DNA of 64,000 bases, from IMG/VR virus record IMGVR_UViG_3300046171_000197; one strand, written 5' to 3'. The DNA comes from a virus. Positions 11,238-21,523 of the stretch are shown here, piece after piece. The notes under the pieces were generated by a model. It worked only from the letters and a program-made list of their open reading frames with translations, was not told the origin of the DNA and searched no databases. The translations under genes and the position numbers were made by a program. Each line of letters opens with the position of its first letter. Position 1 is the stretch's first letter.

Positions 11238-11443
11238 TGAAAACTTTTAAAGAATTCATAAGTGAAGAAGGGTATGATGTCGCAAGAGATCAAGGAAGGG
11301 TAAGACCATCCAAGGATAAGAAAGATGCAACTACAATGCCACCAAGTAAAGAAATGATGAAGACACAGAAGGTAAACAAAGGTCCTTCTGCAGCTGAACT
11401 TGTCAAAAAGAAGTATGGCAAGTCTGTCATGGATGTAAAATAA
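11237..11443 (+). CDS. Small probable internal head protein
   Basis: N-terminus MKTFKEFISEE resembles the T4 capsid-targeting sequence MKTYQEFIAE. Confidence 0.65.
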   Translation: MKTFKEFISEEGYDVARDQGRVRPSKDKKDATTMPPSKEMMKTQKVNKGPSAAELVKKKYGKSVMDVK

Positions 11444-12264
11444 TGCCAGCAGTTTCTAAGAAACAGCAAAAGTTTTTTGGAATAGTTCGTGCAATCCAGA
11501 AAGGAGAGATGGCACCTACTACTCCTGAGACTGCAAAAGCAGCAACAGACATGAAGAAAGGTGATGTCAAGAAATTTGCATCAACTAAACATAAAGGTTT
11601 ACCTGAGAAAAAGAAGATAGAAGAAGATAGACAGATTAAAAAAATTATTAAACAACTTAGAAAGTCTGTCAAAGCACATGACAAACAGGCAGATACTCTT
11701 GAAAAGAAAATAGAAGAGGAATCAAATCCTCGGATACCTAGAAAGAAAGGTCAACCTGCTAATTCTAAGAAACACTCTGACTTGTATACAGATGAAAATC
11801 CTAAAGGAACTATTCACGGACTCGGTTTTAAGAACGTGGATACTGCTAAAGCATCTGTCTCGAAGATACGTAATTCATCAAGATCACATGCTCATAAGAT
11901 TCAAGCTGCTGTTGCTATGGAGCAACGGGCAAGAGAAATGGGTAAAACCTCTGAAGCAGCAGTCTATCGAAAGTACATCAACTCGATGAAGAAAAAGACT
12001 AAGAAGATGAACGAGGCAGCAAATCCTGCACAACAGGCTGCGATTGCCATTGACATGAAGAAGAAAGGTATAAAACCAAAAAATTTAAAAGAACAAATTT
12101 CATTCCCACAAATGCAACAACGTGTTAGGGATGCGAAGGAAAGAAGAAGAGAACAACAAAAAAAATCGGAGAAACTCTACATGGACACTAAGAAAAAAGG
12201 TGTCAAATTCTACGATAAAAAAGGTGTTGGTCGGTTAAAAGACGGAAAGAAGGTATACGACTGA
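11443..12264 (+). CDS. Basic modular protein (N-terminal DUF3008-like segment), probable internal protein
   Basis: MPAVSKKQQ...FASTKHKGLPE module; segments separated by IEE, MNE and LKE sites. Confidence 0.55.
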   Translation: MPAVSKKQQKFFGIVRAIQKGEMAPTTPETAKAATDMKKGDVKKFASTKHKGLPEKKKIEEDRQIKKIIKQLRKSVKAHDKQADTLEKKIEEESNPRIPRKKGQPANSKKHSDLYTDENPKGTIHGLGFKNVDTAKASVSKIRNSSRSHAHKIQAAVAMEQRAREMGKTSEAAVYRKYINSMKKKTKKMNEAANPAQQAAIAIDMKKKGIKPKNLKEQISFPQMQQRVRDAKERRREQQKKSEKLYMDTKKKGVKFYDKKGVGRLKDGKKVYD

Positions 12265-12290
12265 TATATAGTGTAGTAATACACAGAAAA

Positions 12291-12485
12291 ATGTTATCAT
12301 TTCTACTCCCATTCGCATCAAAAATAGTATCCGATGCTGTGTCTAAGATTCCAGAAGACGCAGAATTAGGAGAAAAATTAATAGATCTATGTTTAGTGAT
12401 CTTGAAGAAAGCAGTCAAGCTCACAAAAACTGATATGGATGATAAACTTCTTGAGCAAGTTGAGAAGTCGATTCAATCTCGCTAA
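12291..12485 (+). CDS. Hypothetical protein (64 aa)
   Basis: ORF; ends ...TKTDMDDKLL. Confidence 0.65.
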   Translation: MLSFLLPFASKIVSDAVSKIPEDAELGEKLIDLCLVILKKAVKLTKTDMDDKLLEQVEKSIQSR

Positions 12486-12487
12486 AT

Positions 12488-12495
12488 TATAAATA
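12488..12495 (+). promoter_or_regulatory. T4-type late promoter TATAAATA
   Basis: Exact consensus in the intergenic gap before 12525. Confidence 0.7.
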
Positions 12496-12524
12496 CTTTT
12501 AGAAAATATTAACGGAAGAAAACG

Positions 12525-13127
12525 ATGTCTCTTTGGGGAAACAACGATAATGTGACTTCGGCGGGGAAAATCACTGCAATCAATTATGATACAGGGGTTG
12601 TTACTGGAAGTGGCACCGCATGGGGCGCCTCTGGTTCAGCACAAGTAGGTGATGTTCTCAGAATTGGTGTCAGAGGTCCTGGTGTTGCTGCAACATATTT
12701 TGGTGATGCAGTAATCACATCAATCGCATCTGCTACATCATGTAGCATTGCAAGTACAGCTTCATTGGTTAGTCCTAGTTTAGGTACACCATTTAACCTA
12801 GCACTTGCTGGTGTAACTACAGATTTTACAGTATCACAGATGCCAATCTGGTGTACACAAAACTTACAAGGTGATAAGTACAGAAACAAAGCATCATCTT
12901 TTGAATCTGATTCACTTGTATTTGGTATATCTAATGCAACTGCACAGAATTCAAGCACAACAGCAGCACAGTCACCATCAGTACAAGGACAGTTTAAAAC
13001 TGAATCTGGTTGGGTTGGTGTTACAACCTACATAGATAGTCATGGTAATTACAGAGTGAAGCAAGAAGTTCTTGTTGCTATGTCTGGTATTACTACAGGA
13101 AGTATTGACTACTATACTGAAGGATAA
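12525..13127 (+). CDS. Probable virion structural protein
   Basis: G/T/S/A-rich, MSLWG start, GWVGVTTY motif; follows a late promoter. Confidence 0.6.
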   Translation: MSLWGNNDNVTSAGKITAINYDTGVVTGSGTAWGASGSAQVGDVLRIGVRGPGVAATYFGDAVITSIASATSCSIASTASLVSPSLGTPFNLALAGVTTDFTVSQMPIWCTQNLQGDKYRNKASSFESDSLVFGISNATAQNSSTTAAQSPSVQGQFKTESGWVGVTTYIDSHGNYRVKQEVLVAMSGITTGSIDYYTEG

Positions 13128-13151
13128 TTTATTAACTAACCTTTATATAAT

Positions 13152-13523
13152 ATGAGATTTGATGAATTGAATGAAAATAACTATATGTTGTTCGCTATAA
13201 AATTTTATGATAATCCTCATGCTCTTACAAAAGAAGAGTTTGAGGATGATCTAAAGCGAATCAAATATGTCAAAAGACTTTTAAAAAGGTATAAAAATAC
13301 TGGAGTCTTAAAAACACACTTGATACTAAATCATTTAACTGTATTATTTAATGTATTTGGAGAGGCATCGGTACCATTACTCTTTTATAACTTGGAAGAG
13401 GATTTATGGCCAGCGATTAAAAGTTTTTTAATGTTTTTAAATAGAATACCTGAATATCCTAAGAGTCATATTCATGGCATCCCTGAAGATCAAACCTGCA
13501 TAGATGAGTTAAATTCAGTCTAA
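13152..13523 (+). CDS. Hypothetical protein of T4-like phage type
   Basis: EFEDDLKRIKY...LILNH...NVFG; lies upstream of primase. Confidence 0.7.
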   Translation: MRFDELNENNYMLFAIKFYDNPHALTKEEFEDDLKRIKYVKRLLKRYKNTGVLKTHLILNHLTVLFNVFGEASVPLLFYNLEEDLWPAIKSFLMFLNRIPEYPKSHIHGIPEDQTCIDELNSV

Positions 13524-13723
13524 TGGACATAGATAAGATTATCAATATAGTCAGATCTCTTCGTGAGCAAGCAGTTATGGGTGCTCCTACGAATGCAGTT
13601 GGCACTGGTCAGATTGCTGGTACAAAGGAAGCAGGTGACGATCCACCTGTAAGAAAGAAGAAAAAGAAATACATTTACGGAGGACATGGTTCTCGAAGAA
13701 TGTGGATGGCAAACAAAAAATAA
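13523..13723 (+). CDS. Hypothetical protein
   Basis: TAATG-coupled ORF with LRE site and basic tail. Confidence 0.6.
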   Translation: MDIDKIINIVRSLREQAVMGAPTNAVGTGQIAGTKEAGDDPPVRKKKKKYIYGGHGSRRMWMANKK

Positions 13724-13753
13724 TAAATATATCTGAAGTAATAATACTTAGTT

Positions 13754-14134
13754 GTGGAAGACAATACTAACGTTAATGCTGCTATACTCGAAAGATTAGA
13801 GAAAGTTGTTCAATCTCTACAGGAAAACTCTGTAAAGATGGGACAACTTCTTGCTGTTCATGATGAGAAATTAACAAAGCAAGATCGTATCGATGCAGTC
13901 TTATTTGAGAAGATTGAGCAAGTAGATGAGAAATTAGATCGTCATGCAGAGACAATTAAGAAAGGATGTGAGAGAGATATAAGACTTGTAGACAACCGTT
14001 TAAGGTTGATGGAGAAGAAAATGTGGTCAATATTTGGTGGACTTGCTATCATATCTTTTATAGTAAGTCCAGTTGGTCAGAAGTTTGTAAGACCTATGTT
14101 GACACCAACGCAAAATGTTAGTATAATAAGTTGA
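13754..14134 (+). CDS. Coiled-coil protein with C-terminal transmembrane segment
   Basis: GTG start, heptad pattern, hydrophobic WSIFGGLAIISFIV. Confidence 0.65.
   Translation: MEDNTNVNAAILERLEKVVQSLQENSVKMGQLLAVHDEKLTKQDRIDAVLFEKIEQVDEKLDRHAETIKKGCERDIRLVDNRLRLMEKKMWSIFGGLAIISFIVSPVGQKFVRPMLTPTQNVSIIS
14099..14127 (+). promoter_or_regulatory. Sigma70-type promoter for primase/nrd genes
   Basis: TTGACA(14099)-17 bp-TATAAT(14122). Confidence 0.75.
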
Positions 14135-14150
14135 TTGAATAATCCTTTTT

Positions 14151-15122
14151 ATGGATATTATAGACTCCAAGTATATTGGTTTAGTCTCTTCACGATTACA
14201 AAAGTTTAAAAAGGTCAAAGCAGACCTTTATAATTTTCGTTGCCCGATCTGTGGTGACTCTCAAAAGCATAAGAATAAAGCACGAGGATATATGTATCCC
14301 GTCAAAGCAGATATGAACTTCAAATGTCATAACTGTGGTGCTTCATCTACGTTTAGTAACTTTATAAAGACACTCGACCCAGTGCTTTATAAGCAGTATA
14401 TATTTGAAAAATTTAAAACAAGAAATACTGGCAAGGGATCAATCTTTGAAGAACCAGAGTTTAACTTTAAGAAACCTGTGTTTGAAAAGAAGTTGGATCT
14501 TCCAAAGGCATCGGAGAATCCTATCGCCACCAAATATCTTGAAAAGAGAAAAATAGATCCAAGTAAATTTTACTTTACTAAGGAGTTTCAAAAGTGGACA
14601 AATACACACAAACAGACCTTCGACACTATCCATAGGGATGAAAGTCGTGTTATAATACCACTGCATGATACAGAAAAAAACTTAATCGGATTTCAAGGCA
14701 GAAGTCTAGGTCCGAATTCTGTTAAATATATTACTGTGATGCTTAATGAAGATGCTCCTAAAATATACGGATTAGATAAAATAGATGACAAGAAACCAAT
14801 TTACATTACCGAAGGTCCTTTCGATTCCACGTTCGTGGAGAACTCGGTTGCTATGTGCGGCTCCGATCTTGATATTGGGTCGTTTGGTTGGAGCAGTCAT
14901 ATTTGGGTTTTTGATAACGAACCTCGCAACAGAGAAATCGTCAAAAGAATATCAAACACCATTGATAAAGGAGAGCAAGTCATTATCTGGCCAACTCAAA
15001 TAGTTGAAAAAGATATTAATGATATGGCACTTGCAGGACATGATATTATGTCTATACTAGAATCGAATACATATTCGGGATTAAAAGCAAAAGTAAAATT
15101 TAACACTTGGAAAAAGGTATGA
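14151..15122 (+). CDS. gp61: DNA primase (T4 gp61)
   Basis: CPICGDS...CHNC zinc finger; TOPRIM EGPFDS and FDNE. Confidence 0.96.
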   Translation: MDIIDSKYIGLVSSRLQKFKKVKADLYNFRCPICGDSQKHKNKARGYMYPVKADMNFKCHNCGASSTFSNFIKTLDPVLYKQYIFEKFKTRNTGKGSIFEEPEFNFKKPVFEKKLDLPKASENPIATKYLEKRKIDPSKFYFTKEFQKWTNTHKQTFDTIHRDESRVIIPLHDTEKNLIGFQGRSLGPNSVKYITVMLNEDAPKIYGLDKIDDKKPIYITEGPFDSTFVENSVAMCGSDLDIGSFGWSSHIWVFDNEPRNREIVKRISNTIDKGEQVIIWPTQIVEKDINDMALAGHDIMSILESNTYSGLKAKVKFNTWKKV

Positions 15123-17423
15123 GCAACGGAACTAAAGTTGTAAAGAGAAACGGAACAATTCAACCACTGAATCTTGAGAAGATGCATGTAATGGTAGAAG
15201 AGGCATGTAATGGTCTTGCAGGAGTATCTGCAAGTCAAGTAGAAATACAATCAGGTATACAGTTTTATGATGGTATATCTACTGGTGAGATACAAGAAAT
15301 ATTAATACGTTCTGCCAGTGACCTTATAGATTTAGATCATCCAAACTATCAATATGTTGCAGCAAGACTTCTATTGTTTTCAATTCGTAAAAGTATATTT
15401 GGACGCATCTATGAGGTTCCAAAGATACGTGAACATGTTTTAGAATGCATTGAGAGGGGTGTATATGATTCTGAGTTGATTGATTTGTATAGTGAGGATG
15501 AATATGCTAAAATGGAATCCTTCATCGACCACGATAGGGATTATCTCTTTACATATGCTGGACTCAGACAAGTTGTAGATAAATATCTAGTACAAGATAG
15601 GAAGCACTGGTTCGGTACATGAAACTCCTCAATTTATGTACTTGCTAATAGCAGCATCAATTTTTTCCAAATATCCAAAAGAAATCAGACTTGATTATGT
15701 CAAAAGATACTACGACGCAATCTCCAAACACAAAATCAACATCCCCACGCCTATTATGGGAGGGGTTAGAACTCCAATTAGACAATTTGCTAGCTGTGTT
15801 CTTGTTGATATTGATGACACCCTCGATAGCATCTTTAGTTCTGATATGGCTATCGGCAAATATGTTGCACAAAGGGCGGGAATCGGCATCAACGCAGGTC
15901 GCATCCGTGGCATCAACGCTAAAATCAGGGGTGGAGAAGTCCAGCACACAGGTGTTGTACCTTTCCTCAAAAAGTTTGAAAGTACTGTCAGATGTTGCAC
16001 TCAGAATGGCATTAGAGGTGGATCAGCGACTGTCCACTTCCCGATCTGGCACCAAGAAATAGAAGATATAATTGTTTTAAAGAATAATAAAGGAACGGAA
16101 GATAACCGAGTAAGAAAATTAGATTACTCAATTCAACTAAGTGCATTATTTTATCAGAGGTTTATTGACAATGGAAAGATCACTCTTTTTTCTCCTCATG
16201 ATGTGCCAGGGCTTTATGATAGTTTTGGTACAGAATCTTTTGATGAGTTATACGTGAAGTATGAGAATGATGATTCTATTCCTAAGACACAGATAGACGC
16301 ACAGGAACTTATATTAGACCTCTTGAAAGAAAGAGCAGAAACTGGTAGACTTTATATAATGAACATAGATCATTGCAACTCACATTCATCTTTTACAGAT
16401 AAAGTTGAGATGAGTAATCTATGTCAGGAGATAACACTCCCAACTAAACCCGTACAACATATTGATGACGAACATGGTGAAATTGCTCTCTGTATTCTTA
16501 GTGCTATTAACATTGGCAAAATTAGGGATGTTCAAGATCTTGAAGCTCTTTGTGATCTTAGTGTTCGGAGTCTTGATGAACTCATTGATTTTCAAGGATA
16601 CCCCGTCAAAGCAGCAGAGATCGCTACACGAGCAAGACGTTCACTTGGCATTGGATACATCGGACTTGCACACTATCTTGCCAAGCAAGGTGTTAAGTAT
16701 GATGATCCGAAAGCATGGGAATTGGTACATGATTTAACAGAATCATTTCAATATTATCTAATAAAATCCACAGTAAATCTTGCAAAAGAGAAGGGTGCAT
16801 GTGAATATTCTAAAAATACTAAATATTCTCACGGTATATTGCCAATTGATACTTATAAAAAAGATGTTGATGAGATCGTTCCTAACAAATTAAAACATGA
16901 TTGGGAATCTCTTAGAGCACTTGTCTTGGAACACGGAGTCAGGAACTCAACGTTGTCCGCACAGATGCCATCGGAGAGTAGTTCCGTTGTGTCAAACGCA
17001 ACAAACGGAATCGAACCTCCTAGAGGATACTTGTCCATTAAAAAATCAAAGAAAGGACCTCTTAAGCAGATTGTTCCGCAGTATGGGTCTTTAAAGAATT
17101 CATACACTCTTCTTTGGGATATGGAGAACAATCGTGGATACATTAATGTAGTTGCTGTAATGCAAAAATTCTTTGACCAAGCAATTTCTGGTAACTGGTC
17201 TTACAACCCACAACACTTTGAAGGTTCTGAAGTACCAACAAGTGTAATGGCACAAGATCTTTTAACTACATATAAGTACGGTTGGAAAACATCTTACTAT
17301 CAGAACACCTACGATGTTAAGACAGATGAGGTTGAAAGTGATATCGAAACACCAAATACCCAGTTAGAATCTTTATTAGAAGATTTAGAAACAGAAACGG
17401 AGTGCGAAAGCTGTGCAATTTAA
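15119..17423 (+). CDS. nrdA: Class Ia ribonucleotide reductase alpha subunit; apparent +1 frameshift near 15600
   Basis: ATP cone VVKRNG; ASCVL, SNLCQEI, C-terminal CESCAI; removing one G gives QDRSTGSVHETPQFMY. Confidence 0.96.
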
Positions 17424-18591
17424 AACAAATTCTACAAGGAGATACAAAGTGGTTGATTCCATGACTGTATTCAATACAGAGAAAGTTGATACTAAAAAAC
17501 AACCAATGTTTTTTGGTGCACCTTTAGGTGTTCAAAGATATGATTCTTATAAGTATCCTGCATTTGAGAATTTAACTAAATCACAATTAGGATATTTTTG
17601 GAGACCAGAAGAGGTGTCTCTACAGAAAGATCGTGGTGATTATCAATCACTAAGACCAGAACAAAAGCATATCTTTACTTCTAACTTGAAGTATCAAGTA
17701 ATGCTAGACTCTGTACAGGGTCGTGCACCTGGTATGGCATTTGCACCATATTGCTCTCTACCTGAGTTAGAAGCATGTATGAATGTATGGCAGATGATGG
17801 AGATGATTCATAGTCGTTCATACACATATATTATGAAGAACGTATATTCAGATCCAAGTGAGGTATTTGATACGATACTTGAAGATGATCGAATACTTGA
17901 ACGTGCAGCAAATGTAACTGGTTCATATGATGATTTTGTAAATCATGCACATCAATGGGATCAAAGTAATCATTGGAGAGAAGATTGGAAAGAAGGTTAT
18001 AATTCTTCCTTTGAAAGAAAAGAATTAAAAAGAAAACTTTATCGTGCAGTGGCAAATGTTAACATACTGGAAGGTATTCGTTTTTATGTTAGTTTCGCTT
18101 GTAGTTTTGCCTTTGGTGAACTTAAACTTATGGAAGGGTCAGCTAAGATCATATCCCTTATTGCAAGAGATGAGAACCAACACCTTGCGATCACCCAAAA
18201 CATTTTAAATAATTGGAGAAAGGGTGATGATCCAGAGATGATTGATATTGTTAAAGAAGAAGAGCAATGGTTGATTCAAGCATTTAAGAATACAGTTGAC
18301 GAAGAGAAGAGATGGGCAGAGTATCTGTTCAAAGATGGTTCAATGATTGGACTAAATGATAAACTACTACAACAATATGTTGAATGGGTAGCAAATCGTA
18401 GAATCAGAGCAATTGGATTTAAACCAATCTATGATGTACCTGCAAGAAACAATCCATTACCTTGGACAGAACATTGGATTAGTTCTAAAGGATTACAAGT
18501 CGCACCACAGGAGACAGAGGTAGAGTCTTACATTGTCGGTGGTATCAAACAAGACGTAAAGAAAGATACGTTCTCAGGTTTCAAATTATAA
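17413..18591 (+). CDS. nrdB: Ribonucleotide reductase beta subunit
   Basis: FWRPEE, EMIHSRSY, LEGIRFYVSF, DENQH, VAPQETE. Confidence 0.97.
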   Translation: MQFKTNSTRRYKVVDSMTVFNTEKVDTKKQPMFFGAPLGVQRYDSYKYPAFENLTKSQLGYFWRPEEVSLQKDRGDYQSLRPEQKHIFTSNLKYQVMLDSVQGRAPGMAFAPYCSLPELEACMNVWQMMEMIHSRSYTYIMKNVYSDPSEVFDTILEDDRILERAANVTGSYDDFVNHAHQWDQSNHWREDWKEGYNSSFERKELKRKLYRAVANVNILEGIRFYVSFACSFAFGELKLMEGSAKIISLIARDENQHLAITQNILNNWRKGDDPEMIDIVKEEEQWLIQAFKNTVDEEKRWAEYLFKDGSMIGLNDKLLQQYVEWVANRRIRAIGFKPIYDVPARNNPLPWTEHWISSKGLQVAPQETEVESYIVGGIKQDVKKDTFSGFKL

Positions 18592-18594
18592 CAC

Positions 18595-18618
18595 AAGAGG
18601 GTTTTAACCCTCTTTTTT
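18595..18618 (+). terminator. Rho-independent terminator after nrdB
   Basis: AAGAGGGTT-TT-AACCCTCTT followed by a T-run. Confidence 0.85.
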
Positions 18619-18619
18619 A

Positions 18620-18648
18620 TTGACTACATAGAATTGTGATGTTATGAT
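18620..18648 (+). promoter_or_regulatory. Sigma70-like promoter, probably giving a near-leaderless transcript
   Basis: TTGACT-17 bp-TATGAT ending 3 nt before ATG 18652. Confidence 0.55.
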
Positions 18649-18651
18649 TAA

Positions 18652-19108
18652 ATGACTGAAAAACAAGTTGATTATGAAAACCCTTGGATTTACGAAGGTT
18701 CTCCTTTTACCTCTGATGATATTGGGGACTATTATGGGTTCGTCTATCGCATCACCAATACCACCAATGAGAAATCCTACATCGGAAGAAAGTACTTCGT
18801 GCAGAAGAGAAAACCCAGAGGAGCCAAGAGAAGAGTCACAAGTGAATCAGACTGGAAACGATACTACGGAAGCTCTGAGGAACTTAAGCAAGATATTAGA
18901 AGAGATGGCAAGGATTCTTTCAGAAGAGAAATCCTCAGTCCTCCACACAACCCTTGGAAAAGTAAACTACGAAGAGACTAAACAGTTGTTTCTTCACAAT
19001 GTGTTAATGGAATCGCTTGACGACGGGACTCCAATGTACTATAATAGCAACATACTCGGACGTTATATGCGTAAAGATTATGGCAACTTTGAAACAGACA
19101 GTAAATGA
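18652..19108 (+). CDS. GIY-YIG endonuclease; apparent +1 frameshift near 18940
   Basis: GFVY...SYIGRK, YYGSS, FRREIL, then YEETK...YYNSNI in the other frame. Confidence 0.85.
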
Positions 19109-19292
19109 AACATACTATTGGTCAATAGATCGAATGTGTGAACTTTGTTCTCGTGGTGATTTTGAAGAGGTTGTGAACGGTGATTCAATTCGTCAAGAAT
19201 TTGATGAGTGGATTAGTGCAAACAACGGAAATTTGGATGAGGATATCATCTCAATGGCATATATTGGAGAAGGAAGCGAGTATGATATATAA
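19080..19292 (+). CDS. Hypothetical protein
   Basis: ORF starting MATLKQ..., overlapping the upstream gene end. Confidence 0.55.
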   Translation: MATLKQTVNETYYWSIDRMCELCSRGDFEEVVNGDSIRQEFDEWISANNGNLDEDIISMAYIGEGSEYDI

Positions 19293-19310
19293 TTTGTATT
19301 AAATAGAATC

Positions 19311-19586
19311 ATGTTACAGAAAATAGTAAATGGAATCGCTATTGCAAGTGGTGTTGTATCTCTCACCGTTGTTGGTCTTGGTGGTTACGTATTCATACGC
19401 AAGGATGCGATTATCGAAAACGTCAAAGGCAAGATAATGGAATCTGTGATGCCAGGTGGTCTCGGTGGAATCATTGGTGGAGGAGATGCTGGAGGAGCAC
19501 TTGGTGATCTAGGATTACCTAGTATGGCACCACCTAAAGGAACAGAACAAGCAGCACCTATGTCACCTATACCATTAGGTTTTTAA
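19311..19586 (+). CDS. Small membrane protein
   Basis: N-terminal hydrophobic helix and G/P-rich tail. Confidence 0.65.
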   Translation: MLQKIVNGIAIASGVVSLTVVGLGGYVFIRKDAIIENVKGKIMESVMPGGLGGIIGGGDAGGALGDLGLPSMAPPKGTEQAAPMSPIPLGF

Positions 19587-19647
19587 TTCAAGATAGTTAA
19601 CATAAAGTTAAATTTGCTATATATAAATAGTCGTCTAATTTTATGTC

Positions 19648-20068
19648 ATGGCTGAAGAAATAAAAAAGGAAGAACCTAAAAAAATAGGTCCACTCGGTAA
19701 ACTAAAAGAATTTGCAGAAGACAAAGAGGAGCAGATGGAAATCTTCTCCACTTTTGTGCGCTTAGGTATTTTGATTTGGAGTGGAGGAATTTTAACTTTG
19801 AATTATGTTTCAATTCCAAACTTTCCACAAAAGAATATAGATCCAACTTTCATAGCTTCGGTCTTCACAGGGGTCCTAGCTAGCTTCGGAATCCAGACAG
19901 CAAAGAATAAGAATGCTAATGGTGGTGGTGCAAAAGCACCTGCTCCAATATCTAAGGCAGATATGGAAAAACTAATTGAGAAGGCAGCAAATACTGCACC
20001 TGCTCAGACAATCAGGAATTGAACAAGCACCAATGGTACTTGCTCCTACTCCTAACAAAAAAGCATAA
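19648..20068 (+). CDS. Two-TM membrane protein; apparent +1 frameshift near 20015
   Basis: Two hydrophobic segments; late promoter TATAAATA at 19622; corrected end IRIEQAPMVLAPTPNKKA. Confidence 0.65.
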
Positions 20069-20628
20069 TGGAAAAAAAGGAAGTGAAATGGTCTAGGTTA
20101 TTTGCACTTGGATTGGGTGGAGTCGTTGGACTTTCACATCTTGGTATGATTGGAACTCTTATGAATCGTGAGAGTAAATTGCCAAGTATTAATGTACCAG
20201 TAGGACCTTATACAGCATACGAAGCAGAAGTCGGAAAAGAGGGATATAAAATTAAATATCGTGCAAACGATCCTTTAGTGATGCATGTGGAACGGGATAG
20301 TAACACGAAGGGTGGCTTTCTTGGGTTGGCTAATAACAAAGTTAAAACTATTGAACAGTACACGATGGACGGTTCAGTTCACACAAGACCCACTCATCCA
20401 TCAACAACAATCGCAAACGGAAAATCTGAAGCTTGCATCAAAGCAATCGGAGGTGCAGAAGGAACAGGAAGACTCGTCGGTTCCAGTATTGGTGCTAGTG
20501 CTGCTCCTACTCTGTCTAATATTCCCTTTATTGGCTGGGTTGCTGCTGGTTGGGTAACTATGTTCTCAGGTAATCAAGGTGCAGAGATTGGTGGTCAAAT
20601 GGCAGAGGATCTTAACAAAGATTGTTAG
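20068..20628 (+). CDS. Membrane-anchored protein with C-terminal glycine-zipper-like helices
   Basis: N-terminal TM; GxxxG repeats between two Cys residues. Confidence 0.65.
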   Translation: MEKKEVKWSRLFALGLGGVVGLSHLGMIGTLMNRESKLPSINVPVGPYTAYEAEVGKEGYKIKYRANDPLVMHVERDSNTKGGFLGLANNKVKTIEQYTMDGSVHTRPTHPSTTIANGKSEACIKAIGGAEGTGRLVGSSIGASAAPTLSNIPFIGWVAAGWVTMFSGNQGAEIGGQMAEDLNKDC

Positions 20629-20704
20629 TGTGTAAACCGACATAATATTGCGTAATTATACTCAAGTGTTATAATAAATATTATTGTACTGGAGTTGAAA
20701 GATC

Positions 20705-20869
20705 ATGTCCCATTACATGCTAGGTTGGCACGACCAATTAAATAGACATTACGAAATCGGTGAATATGCAGACGATGCATTTCAAGCTGTAAAATATGCA
20801 AGGGAGGATGTTCCGTATCTACACGAGCATCCTTTTTCTTTGGAATATATTAAAAAACAGGATGCATAG
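20705..20869 (+). CDS. Small hypothetical protein (MSHYMLGWHD...)
   Basis: 54-aa ORF read by eye with GGAG RBS; upstream TTGCGT...TATAATAAATA. Confidence 0.6.
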   Translation: MSHYMLGWHDQLNRHYEIGEYADDAFQAVKYAREDVPYLHEHPFSLEYIKKQDA

Positions 20870-21050
20870 ATTCAAAGAAATACTTCCACCTCATGTTAAG
20901 GAAGTTAAGTCTTATCCACAGTTGATATCACTCGGAATCATGTTATTAGGTATACTTATCATTGATATAATAGGATATTATCATGGTAACATGACATTAG
21001 TGGAAGTGATAAAAAATTTGTGATTAAATAAGAGTAACTACAAAATTTTT

Positions 21051-21350
21051 ATGCTATCAACACAATACCGTTTACGGTTAGAAGCAATCTGTAAAGATAT
21101 TGCTTCAGGAACAGAAGTGAGTATGAATGATATGATATGGGCGCAAAAACTATCAAAAGCAAATACCACAGCAAGAGGTATGCTAAACAAGGCTCGTCGG
21201 ATGAGTACAAATCCAGACGAGTCTTTTCTTAATCACTTGAATATTGGAGACCCCGATTCAAGTAATCACCGTAGGGGTTTCGGATGTCCAGAGGATGTGG
21301 TAGACTGGTTTCATCAAGAAAGGTCAGATGACTGGAGACAACGTGACTAA
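21051..21350 (+). CDS. Hypothetical cyanophage protein (MLSTQYRLRLE...DDWRQRD)
   Basis: Clean ORF, coupled downstream. Confidence 0.7.
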   Translation: MLSTQYRLRLEAICKDIASGTEVSMNDMIWAQKLSKANTTARGMLNKARRMSTNPDESFLNHLNIGDPDSSNHRRGFGCPEDVVDWFHQERSDDWRQRD

Positions 21351-21523
21351 TGAAAGTTGACACACAAGGAATGTCCTTTGGATCTGGAAAGAGTGGTAAA
21401 AGTATTCAAGAACAACGTGATGCTATACCACCTTTGAAGGTGAATAAAATGAATCTTATATCTGATGCATTGAAGGCAGAACTAAAAGATCTTATTAATG
21501 AAGTATTAGATGAACGGTTATAA
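21350..21523 (+). CDS. Small hypothetical protein (MKVDTQGMSFG...)
   Basis: 57-aa ORF read by eye; TAATG coupling. Confidence 0.55.
   Translation: MKVDTQGMSFGSGKSGKSIQEQRDAIPPLKVNKMNLISDALKAELKDLINEVLDERL

Noticed and set aside
15600-15640. Split nrdA or intron/intein
   Set aside because: There is no intervening sequence; one extra G explains the split.
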